A stretch of DNA of 64,000 bases from the IMG/VR virus record IMGVR_UViG_3300005662_000026, one strand, 5' to 3'. A program made the position numbers and the translations under genes. This document shows positions 9,334-16,678 of this stretch, piece by piece. Position 1 is the first letter of the stretch. Every line of letters starts with the position of its first letter. This DNA comes from an uncultured virus (IMG/VR IMGVR_UViG_3300005662_000026) (lineage: Duplodnaviria; Heunggongvirae; Uroviricota; Caudoviricetes). The notes below the pieces were generated by a model. That model did no database searches and was not told where the DNA came from. It worked only from the letters and a program-made list of their open reading frames with translations.

Positions 9334-9546
9334 CTATGATTCTACAATATATAGAAAGTCATACATATCCATGTCATATTTATATACCTTAAGTGGTACA
9401 TGTTTATGTGACTTATCTACATAAGCTACGGTATGATGAACATCTATATATTCTCCATCAAAGTCTACAGATTCTAATATATCAATACCTCTGTAGTTAT
9501 TAGCAAGTAACATTGCTATTGATTCCTGTTTAGTTACTGTTTTCAT
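9334..9546 (-). CDS. Hypothetical protein
   Basis: 70-aa ORF with an A-rich leader. Confidence 0.55.
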   Translation of the reverse strand: MKTVTKQESIAMLLANNYRGIDILESVDFDGEYIDVHHTVAYVDKSHKHVPLKVYKYDMDMYDFLYIVES

Positions 9547-10055
9547 ATCTTATATTTTAAATTTTAAATAAACCGGATTCTATAATACATTTATTCATTA
9601 TAGTACAAGAACTAATATATATAATAACATATATACTAATAGACTAATGACTATACTCATAGTTTTAGCTATATACTCTTAATACATAGTACTTTAGGGT
9701 GTATTTTACAGTGTTTTAACACAGTTTAGATATGAGGATAGTATGACACCCTACCACTAATACACACTTAAACATACAATTTTTACCATAGACCAAAAAC
9801 TTAACTACCTGATTATCAGTAAGTGAGTCTACTTTGTCCACCGTGTGGAGACAACTTTCTATTATCTTACCAGGTATATTGTGTATATATAATATTATGC
9901 TAATGAATCCACAGTGTCTTCTGTTACTTGTGTATAATAGTAAACTGTGTATACCATATAGGTAATGAATCCTACTGACCATATAATAACTATATAGACC
10001 ACAGTAAATAAAAACAATATACCTACGCTTATTACGGCATAGGTATATGTTATTA

Positions 10056-10352
10056 CTATAATTCTACATCAAAAGTTTTAGCCTGTGGTGCAAAGCTCAA
10101 AGAACTTACCACTTCTGCACCTACTCCTGCTTTATGTATCATCCAGCTTGGCTCTCCGTCCTCTGGATTAAACCAACTTACTACTAAATCATCAGACAGG
10201 TTTGTTACGTTTTCTGCTATACGGAAAGTGATTCCCGTATTAGTACTACCAAATAGTTTACCTGTTTTTGGATTCTTAAGTATGTCTATTTTAGTTAGAC
10301 CATTAGACATTGCAAATCCGTTAATTGACTGTGTTCTTGTAAATGTGCTCAT
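10056..10352 (-). CDS. Early cassette protein, paralog of 10475-10765
   Basis: Shares DILKNPK.G.LF and SWF.PEDGEPS.MIH..G.GAEVVS.LSF with the neighbour. Confidence 0.8.
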   Translation of the reverse strand: MSTFTRTQSINGFAMSNGLTKIDILKNPKTGKLFGSTNTGITFRIAENVTNLSDDLVVSWFNPEDGEPSWMIHKAGVGAEVVSSLSFAPQAKTFDVEL

Positions 10353-10474
10353 AATTTTTATTTTTTAGAGTTAAACAATATATATCCATATTAGTTGAAA
10401 AATGGATAAAGATGCGTAGCAAAAAAATACACTATAAAAAATAAACCTCTACCTATTACGGTAGAGGAATATCT

Positions 10475-10765
10475 TTAGAACTCTTGCATTACAGTTACTG
10501 GTGTGAAACTTAAAGTTGAAACAACTTCAGCACCAGCACCTTGTCTGTGTATCATGTATGATGGTTCTCCGTCTTCAGGAGAAAACCATGATATTGCTAA
10601 ATCATTACTTAATGCAGTAATGTCTTTAGCAAGACGCAATGTGTTACCCTTTGAGTCAACGGCAAATAAGTTACCGTTTTTAGGGTTTTTCAAGATATCA
10701 AATTTAGTGATACCGTTTGCTGATGCATAAGCACCAATGTTCTGTGTTTTAGAAAATGTAGACAT
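10475..10765 (-). CDS. Early cassette protein, paralog of 10056-10352
   Basis: See paralog; has its own motif and terminator. Confidence 0.8.
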   Translation of the reverse strand: MSTFSKTQNIGAYASANGITKFDILKNPKNGNLFAVDSKGNTLRLAKDITALSNDLAISWFSPEDGEPSYMIHRQGAGAEVVSTLSFTPVTVMQEF

Positions 10766-10871
10766 GATCTTTAATTTTTATTAGTTAAACAATTTATATC
10801 AATATCAGTTAAAAAATGGATAAGGCTGACGCAGTCAAAAAAAAAGAGAGGACTTTAATCCCCTCTTGTTA

Positions 10872-11183
10872 TTACTCTTTAATAGGTCTACTGCAAGATA
10901 GAATATTCTTCTCTATCTTCTCAATAGTGAACCAAGATGTTCCATCATACCCATCAAACTGAATCTCTTCTTCAGGGTGCAGATCTACTTCATAAGGTGT
11001 ATACCCACCCTCTGCACAAGCTTCTTTAAATAAAGAATCTGAATATACACGTTCAAGATCTTCATCCTCAAACATGTAATAACAATGATCAATTATGGCT
11101 CTTTTTAATTCTTCAAGTGTATCACACACTGTCCAGAACTCTGCACCATAACTACTTTTATTTGCTGTAAATACTTTTTTCAT
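10872..11183 (-). CDS. Early cassette acidic protein
   Basis: 103 aa, between motif 11214 and a hairpin at about 10845-10870. Confidence 0.75.
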   Translation of the reverse strand: MKKVFTANKSSYGAEFWTVCDTLEELKRAIIDHCYYMFEDEDLERVYSDSLFKEACAEGGYTPYEVDLHPEEEIQFDGYDGTSWFTIEKIEKNILSCSRPIKE

Positions 11184-11260
11184 AATATATAATTTAAATT
11201 GTTAATTATTAATAGTTAAAAAATGGAAAAAAAGAATGGGTATAAACCCACTCTTGTTAT

Positions 11261-11557
11261 TTACTTAACATCCCATTCTTGAATATGATAATGATATTCT
11301 AATGGGTCTTGCATCATATGTATTTCATTTAAATACATCATCTCTGCACTTTCATAACTATTGAATGTACCTTTATTATCTTGCATCCAATCTTGAAATG
11401 ATTTGGGTTCAACTAACTTGTTATCACGTACAATCATTCTATTCATCTCTGAATTAGCAAGGGCTAATGATGTATGTACACTACATATAACTGTTGAACC
11501 GTGTTCACCTGTAACTCTTTCATAAGAGTTAGATAATATTATAAATACTTTTTCCAT
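11261..11557 (-). CDS. Early cassette protein
   Basis: 98 aa, between motif 11577 and a hairpin at about 11227-11255. Confidence 0.75.
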   Translation of the reverse strand: MEKVFIILSNSYERVTGEHGSTVICSVHTSLALANSEMNRMIVRDNKLVEPKSFQDWMQDNKGTFNSYESAEMMYLNEIHMMQDPLEYHYHIQEWDVK

Positions 11558-11620
11558 AATCTTTAAGTTTATAATTAGTTAAAAAATGGTAAAATAAGAG
11601 AGAGCATAAGCTCCCTCTTG

Positions 11621-11881
11621 TTAAGGTATCAACATTACTGATCTGATATTTTTATCAGTTAATTCATCATACTCAGTGATTAAGTTGAACCAATGGTTGG
11701 CATAACCACTACTGTTCATGCAACGGCAAGTGATTCTTTCTTCTCTTAAAGAACCATAGAAAGAATAGTTATACTCACCTAATATGAATGAACCTGCATA
11801 GATCCATTCATTACCCTTTGCATCACGCATTGGGTGTATTGCTCTTACTGCATTTTCTAATGCTTCTCTAATCTTTTCCAT
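11621..11881 (-). CDS. Early cassette protein
   Basis: 86 aa, between motif 11900 and a hairpin at about 11591-11619. Confidence 0.75.
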   Translation of the reverse strand: MEKIREALENAVRAIHPMRDAKGNEWIYAGSFILGEYNYSFYGSLREERITCRCMNSSGYANHWFNLITEYDELTDKNIRSVMLIP

Positions 11882-11930
11882 AACATATATTTTATTGACA
11901 GTTAAAAAATGGAAAAAATAAAGGGGTATA

Positions 11931-12104
11931 TTAATCCCCTATAGTCTTAAGAATCTCCAGCATTTCCTTTAGTGCTGTTCTATAACCAATATGCCAATGC
12001 CAATCATTATCAGTTGGTAAATCACCTGATTCTATCCAATGAGTAGTATCATCTATATTTTCTTGTAGTGATTCTTTTAATCTTTCTAATTCTTTTATAT
12101 TCAT
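11931..12104 (-). CDS. Early cassette protein (57 aa)
   Basis: Start moved to MNIKELERL, downstream of motif 12129; the longer track ORF runs through a terminator and the motif. Confidence 0.7.
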   Translation of the reverse strand: MNIKELERLKESLQENIDDTTHWIESGDLPTDNDWHWHIGYRTALKEMLEILKTIGD

Positions 12105-12174
12105 AATCTTTAAGTTTAAATTATTAACAGTTAAAAAATGGTTTATTAAAAAGGGGGTATTATTCCCCCCTTTT

Positions 12175-12546
12175 TTACAAGTTTTTAAACATAGCAACTA
12201 AGTCAGCATGGTCATCATTACCATTAATGTCATCTAACTTAGGTAACTCAGGTAAGTTAACATCTTTGCCTGAATATACATTCCAATCTACTGAACCATA
12301 ACCTGTACGTTTATCAAAGTTCTCCATGACATATGCATGAAGCATTTTCCATATATCATCACAATACATGCCTGTAAGTTTATGATATCCATCAATAGTG
12401 AGTCCATCAAATCTTGGTACATAACCCATAGTATCCCATGAGTAACCATCTTCAAACATTCTTACTTTCTTTGCAACAAATGTTATTACAGGAAAAGCAA
12501 TAGTGTTTTCTACCTCAATTTTCTTTTTATACGTTATTGTTTTCAT
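12175..12546 (-). CDS. Early cassette protein
   Basis: 123 aa, between motif 12570 and a hairpin at 12148-12176. Confidence 0.75.
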   Translation of the reverse strand: MKTITYKKKIEVENTIAFPVITFVAKKVRMFEDGYSWDTMGYVPRFDGLTIDGYHKLTGMYCDDIWKMLHAYVMENFDKRTGYGSVDWNVYSGKDVNLPELPKLDDINGNDDHADLVAMFKNL

Positions 12547-12606
12547 AATAAATAGTTTTAATTATTAATAGTTATAAAATGGTCCCCGCAGGGGAAATAG
12601 TGTGCA

Positions 12607-12750
12607 TCATTTAACACACACTATTTTAAACAGACCTTGAGTATATCCATTACTCATAAGTTGTTTCTTTTTCCAAAGGGCTAATGCCTTAGAAGGAAAC
12701 ACAAAGCTCTCTATGAGTCTTGTGTTATTATAGTATTCTAATCTATACAT
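12607..12750 (-). CDS. Early cassette protein (47 aa)
   Basis: Start moved to MYRLEYY, downstream of motif 12769. Confidence 0.65.
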   Translation of the reverse strand: MYRLEYYNNTRLIESFVFPSKALALWKKKQLMSNGYTQGLFKIVCVK

Positions 12751-12981
12751 GGTATTATAATTAATAACAGTTATAAAATGGTAAGACAAAAAAAGAGAGA
12801 GAGTATTAAACTCTCTCTCAATGTTGCTGGCTAAAGCCTGTTCCGGTACTTACATCTCCAAAGCTATAAGGAGAACGCCTCTGACTTGAAACATAATGAG
12901 TATTGATAGAGATCATTAGTTCACTCTATCCATAATAGTTAAAAAATGGATTAAGACAAAGAGAGATAACCTCTCCTTTCA

Positions 12982-13128
12982 TCAGAAAGGGAGGTCATCT
13001 TCATCAATATCATATGTATAATTCTCAAGGCTATCCATAGCCTCAAGAGTTATACGCATCATATCATTGTAATAGTCTTGCTCCTCTTGGAGCATGATAT
13101 TAATATCATTGAATTCAGTATCACGCAT
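12982..13128 (-). CDS. 48-aa acidic peptide ending in an SSB-like tail DEDDLPF
   Basis: Own translation MRDTEFNDINIMLQEEQDYYNDMMRITLEAMDSLENYTYDIDEDDLPF; has its own motif (13154) and hairpin. Confidence 0.75.
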   Translation of the reverse strand: MRDTEFNDINIMLQEEQDYYNDMMRITLEAMDSLENYTYDIDEDDLPF

Positions 13129-13328
13129 AATATATAATTTTAAAGTTAATAACAGTTATAAGATGGTTAAATAAAAAAGAGAAACACCCGAAGGTATCTC
13201 TCTTGCTTTCTCCTGATCTTGCCAAAGCTAAGCTCAAATGATGTGTGTTTACATAACATACACATCATTCATTATAATTTATAAACAGTTATAAGATGGT
13301 AAAGAAAAAAACATAAGAGCCTAAGCTC

Positions 13329-13505
13329 TTATTTTTTGTACTTTTCTGAATCAGGTGCGGCTAATACACCCATTAATAAGAAGAATGTTAAACCTATGAA
13401 CACAGCAGCCAGTGTTGTCATGTGTTCAAGTATGCTCTCTGTAGCTGCATAGCCAAGCATGATTGTACATGCAATCATAATCTTGTAGTGTAAAGAATAT
13501 TTCAT
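13329..13505 (-). CDS. 58-aa two-TM early protein (first cassette)
   Basis: Own translation MKYSLHYKIMIACTIMLGYAATESILEHMTTLAAVFIGLTFFLLMGVLAAPDSEKYKK. Confidence 0.65.
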   Translation of the reverse strand: MKYSLHYKIMIACTIMLGYAATESILEHMTTLAAVFIGLTFFLLMGVLAAPDSEKYKK

Positions 13506-13542
13506 AGTGTGTAATTTTTAATTAAATTAAGTTAGAAAATGG

Positions 13543-13690
13543 TTGCCTTGCGCAGCAAGCATGGGGGGTACCACCTCTGGCTTCAGGGGGTGGGGGTGTT
13601 GTAGTAGGGGTCCATCACAAAGCCCTACATATATAAATTCCCCTAGCCGTAAGTTCATCACACCTGGGGTGAAAATAACCCGCAAAAGTT
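13543..13690. other. GC-rich, G-tract divergence point between the two arms
   Basis: G runs at 13563-68, 13586-90, 13592-96 and 13607-10 in an otherwise very AT-rich sequence; coding strand switches here. Confidence 0.7.
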
Positions 13691-13713
13691 ATTGTGTATT
13701 GTACCAATGTTAT

Positions 13714-13788
13714 TATATTTGTACTAATTAGTTTTTAAATTTTATTGTTATCATTAATCCTCAGATGTATGTCTGGGGATTTTTGTTT
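13714..13788 (+). ncRNA. Putative small RNA unit (TATATTTG box, U-rich body, terminator)
   Basis: TATATTTG 13714-21; hairpin AATCCTCAGA/TCTGGGGATT followed by a T-run. Confidence 0.4.
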
Positions 13789-13797
13789 AAGATATTA

Positions 13798-13985
13798 CTC
13801 CTGTGTTCAAGTAGCACAGGTCCAGTACCAGTTAAGCATCCCATAAGATCTGCTTGTTGGTCTTCTCTGCTCAGGAAAGTGGAATTGATTTATAGGTGTA
13901 AACGCGTTACCTCTATAAGCAACCATATAACTGCAGCAACCCCAAGTAAGTTTCTCTGATCAGGAAATACTGCTTGGGTTTTTTT
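13798..13985 (+). ncRNA. Putative structured RNA ending in an intrinsic terminator
   Basis: Hairpin 13800-13820; terminator 13938-13985; no convincing ORF. Confidence 0.35.
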
Positions 13986-14014
13986 ATTTATATTTACAAG
14001 ATAAAATTAATATT

Positions 14015-14353
14015 ATGAGACACGTAGAAAAAGCATTATTAAAATACAATGAAGAGAATAATGAGAAATGGACACAGTTCATTCAAATTGAAAATGCAGA
14101 GGATGTAAAAGATGTAGCACCTGTAGTAAAATTTACAATACAATCTGATCCAATTAGTGAAGTAGGGGTTAATGGAGTACAAGCATTAGATATGTTAAAG
14201 TATGTTAAGTGTTTATTTGAAAGTTTAAATGATGCATTTCCATGTAAAGAAAATGTTTTGAGTATTACAAAAATTGAAGAAGCTATTCACTGGCAAGATG
14301 CTAGAACTAAAGATAGACAACGTAGACAAGTAGAAGGTCATAATAAAAAGTAA
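14015..14353 (+). CDS. tad1: Tad1-like cyclic-nucleotide sponge (anti-Thoeris/CBASS)
   Basis: Q..PI.EVGVNG....L........L...FPC.EN..SITKIEEA.HW...RT.DR..R.VEG matches the Tad1 pattern as recalled. Confidence 0.72.
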   Translation: MRHVEKALLKYNEENNEKWTQFIQIENAEDVKDVAPVVKFTIQSDPISEVGVNGVQALDMLKYVKCLFESLNDAFPCKENVLSITKIEEAIHWQDARTKDRQRRQVEGHNKK

Positions 14354-14362
14354 ATAGTTACT

Positions 14363-14629
14363 ATGAAGTTATATATTGAGAAACCTAAAACTGTTGCTGC
14401 TATGCAATGGGATGGTACAGAGAAGATGGCTATTGAGATTTCTAGTGATGAGAAATTTGAAGGTATGTTGGATTACAGGCAGAGAAAATTTTTTGCATTC
14501 TGGATGTATGACGGGGATAGAGAATATAGAGTGCATGAGGGGGACTATATATTAAAGGATTGGAATGGGACTTATTCTATGGTACCAAAAAAATTATTTG
14601 AAAAATCTTTTGAAGAAGTCAAAGAATAA
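14363..14629 (+). CDS. Conserved small phage protein (KP....A.QW..GDYI..F.K..E; PGDYG-like)
   Basis: KPKTVAAMQWDG...EGDYILKDWNGTYSMVPKKLFEKSFE. Confidence 0.6.
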   Translation: MKLYIEKPKTVAAMQWDGTEKMAIEISSDEKFEGMLDYRQRKFFAFWMYDGDREYRVHEGDYILKDWNGTYSMVPKKLFEKSFEEVKE

Positions 14630-14641
14630 TTATTATATTTG
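14609..14641 (+). promoter_or_regulatory. Bacteroidota primary-sigma promoter (TTTG-N21-TAnnTTTG)
   Basis: TTTG 14609-12 and TATATTTG 14634-41; the same box is intergenic at 13714, 16548, 19659, 27795 and 52370. Confidence 0.65.
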
Positions 14642-14735
14642 TTGAGCTGATAAGTGTTTACGGTTCATTTATTTTGTGATTAAAAGTTATATCTAAAAAG
14701 TAAGCTCTAGTTAATTCTTAGGGCTTATTTTTTTT
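14642..14735 (+). ncRNA. Putative antisense sRNA against the leader of the 5364-5840 gene
   Basis: Lies between the promoter and terminator 14701-14735; 14648-14681 reproduces plus-strand 5840-5884 in blocks. Confidence 0.55.
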
Positions 14736-14748
14736 AAAAAGGAAAAGC

Positions 14749-15705
14749 ATGGCAATTTTTGATTATCATTACAGACAGGTATTGAAAGATATCTACTGGA
14801 AAGGGTTTGTATATGAAGACCCTAACAGAAAAGGAGTAGAAAGAAAGCAGATAGCAAAAGCTACTCTAAGTTGTAACCCACATGAAGGCTTCCCTGCCTT
14901 GACTACAAAGCAAGTTTATTTTAAAGGTGCAGTAGCAGAGTTATTATTTTTTATGTCAGGTTCTACTGATATAAGAAACTTGTGGAAAATGGATGTAAGA
15001 TTCTGGGATAAGGATTGGGCACGTTATCATAAGTTTACTGATGAAACTATTAAGTACTTATATAATGCATGGGAGTATTCTGAAATAGATGATAGAATGA
15101 ATAGGTTACCAGATTCATTATATGATATGGGTAAGGTATATCCTTATCAATGGAGAAAGGCTAATGGTGTAGATCAGTTATATAATCTTGCATTTAATAT
15201 GGTCACTAATCCTATGTCAACATCATTGATTGTTAACTCATGGAATGCTGGTGATTTAGTTGATATGTGTTTGCCTCCGTGTCATTATTCATTTCAAGTA
15301 ATGTGCCAACCAGTAGGTAAAACATATGTGTTTAGAATTATATGGGACCAAAGGTCTACAGATTTTTTCTTAGGTACTCCGGTGAACATGATGTTCTATA
15401 CCTTACTAGGTCATGTACTAGAAGCATTGACAGGATATAAATGTATAGAGGTATCAGGTGAATTAAAGAATGTACACATATATGATAACCAAATGGATGT
15501 AGTAAAGGAACAGTTAGACCGTCCAGTTGATACATATGGTGAGAGTAAACTTGTATTAGATAAATCTAAATTTAAAATATTTATTCAAAATCCTACAAGT
15601 TTAAACTTTGATTATGTAATAAAATCATTATCTTTATCAGACTTTAAGTTGGAGGGATATGCAAGTTATCCAAAACTTAAAGTAGAAATGTTAAGTTATA
15701 ATTAA
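14749..15705 (+). CDS. thyA: Thymidylate synthase
   Basis: GFPALTTK, ELLFF, catalytic LPPCH, QRSTD.FLG.P.N, HIYDN. Confidence 0.93.
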   Translation: MAIFDYHYRQVLKDIYWKGFVYEDPNRKGVERKQIAKATLSCNPHEGFPALTTKQVYFKGAVAELLFFMSGSTDIRNLWKMDVRFWDKDWARYHKFTDETIKYLYNAWEYSEIDDRMNRLPDSLYDMGKVYPYQWRKANGVDQLYNLAFNMVTNPMSTSLIVNSWNAGDLVDMCLPPCHYSFQVMCQPVGKTYVFRIIWDQRSTDFFLGTPVNMMFYTLLGHVLEALTGYKCIEVSGELKNVHIYDNQMDVVKEQLDRPVDTYGESKLVLDKSKFKIFIQNPTSLNFDYVIKSLSLSDFKLEGYASYPKLKVEMLSYN

Positions 15706-15717
15706 AAATTAAAGAGT

Positions 15718-16008
15718 ATGAGTACAGTGTTTAAGAGTCTAAAAGGACGTAGAATCTTGGTTAACCAACCAGAGATGAAAGAATCAGCAATTGAATTGAC
15801 TGAGAAAGATAAAAGTCTTATTGAGCAAGAAGCTATGAAAAAGTGGACAAGATTAGAAGTGTTTGCAACAGGTGAAGAAGTATCTGGAGTAAAAGCTGGT
15901 GATCATGTTTACATTTCAGTTAATGCTATTAAAGGAGCTGAAGTAATTGAAGTAGAAGAAAGCATCAAACTTATGTTGAGTGAGTATGATGTTGCAATTG
16001 TTTGGTAA
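15718..16008 (+). CDS. groES: GroES-like co-chaperonin
   Basis: L.GRRILV...EVFATGEEVSGVKAGDHV...E.DVAIVW; 96 aa. Confidence 0.7.
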   Translation: MSTVFKSLKGRRILVNQPEMKESAIELTEKDKSLIEQEAMKKWTRLEVFATGEEVSGVKAGDHVYISVNAIKGAEVIEVEESIKLMLSEYDVAIVW

Positions 16009-16009
16009 G

Positions 16010-16435
16010 ATGGCTGATTTAGTTTGTGATGCATACAAGAGGATGATTTCAAAACCTGAGACATCCAATACATATGATAAGAGTCTGAGAATTATGGCTG
16101 AGATTGCTGCAAATAAAACTAATGCAATGTACAAAGATTATATCAGGAAAACTGAGTCTAGTCTTTATGTAGGCAAAGATTCTTTTGCAGGTCAAAAACC
16201 TACAGCAGTTACAGTACCTGGCACCGCAATAAGACCAAACCATTACGGTGGAGAGAATAGTACTTATGAAGTATTCAATGTACTAGAAGCATGGGGATTA
16301 GATAAAGACTTTTACTTAGGTAATGTTATTAAGTATATTGCAAGAGCAGGTAAGAAAGATCCTGCTAAAGAAATAGAAGATCTTGAAAAAGCTGAGGTGT
16401 ATTTAAAAAGAAGAATAGCTGAATTAAAAAAATAA
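16010..16435 (+). CDS. DUF3310 / T7 gp1.7-like nucleotide kinase domain protein
   Basis: RPNHY..FYLGNVIKYIARAGKK...EDLEKAEVYL; start placed just after the groES stop. Confidence 0.75.
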   Translation: MADLVCDAYKRMISKPETSNTYDKSLRIMAEIAANKTNAMYKDYIRKTESSLYVGKDSFAGQKPTAVTVPGTAIRPNHYGGENSTYEVFNVLEAWGLDKDFYLGNVIKYIARAGKKDPAKEIEDLEKAEVYLKRRIAELKK

Positions 16436-16467
16436 TATTTACTGTGTGCTATGTAAAATATTATATA

Positions 16468-16627
16468 TACATTAGCACTCCTTTTTATTCTCAGTTTTCG
16501 CTGGCTGATTAATCCCAATGAGTTAAATACTTGTTGGGATTTTTTATTATATTTGTCCATCAATTTTTTTAAATTTATACTTTTAGGTAAGGAGATCCCG
16601 GATTAATAATCTGGGATTTTGTTTTTT
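16468..16627 (+). ncRNA. Two tandem short promoter/U-rich/terminator units
   Basis: TACATTAG 16468 then hairpin 16511-16545; TATATTTG 16548 then hairpin 16593-16627. Confidence 0.4.
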
Positions 16628-16678
16628 ATATTATTATTATGTATATTATAGATATATGTGTAATTAAAAAAAAGAAAC

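Larger units (their letters stand above)
10393..13542 (-). promoter_or_regulatory. 12 copies of a putative phage early promoter CCATYTTNYAACT (plus strand AGTTRNAARATGG)
   Basis: Copies start at 10393, 10807, 11214, 11577, 11900, 12129, 12570, 12769, 12937, 13154, 13287 and 13530, each about 19-42 nt upstream of a minus-strand ATG. Confidence 0.85.

Noticed and set aside
9716..9982. 88-aa minus-strand ORF
   Set aside because: Composition looks non-coding and no family motif is evident; not fully excluded
10393..13542. CRISPR array or integron
   Set aside because: Repeat is only 13 nt and non-palindromic, spacers are 130-440 bp and mostly coding, and no cas operon, integrase or attC-type structure was seen
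13800..13820. tRNA (GTTCAAGT resembles a T-loop)
   Set aside because: The closing G-C pair and a cloverleaf are absent; it is a simple hairpin. No tRNA was recognised elsewhere
13543..13959. Track ORFs 13543-13731 and 13765-13959
   Set aside because: Atypical composition, no A-rich leader, and they overlap promoter boxes and terminators
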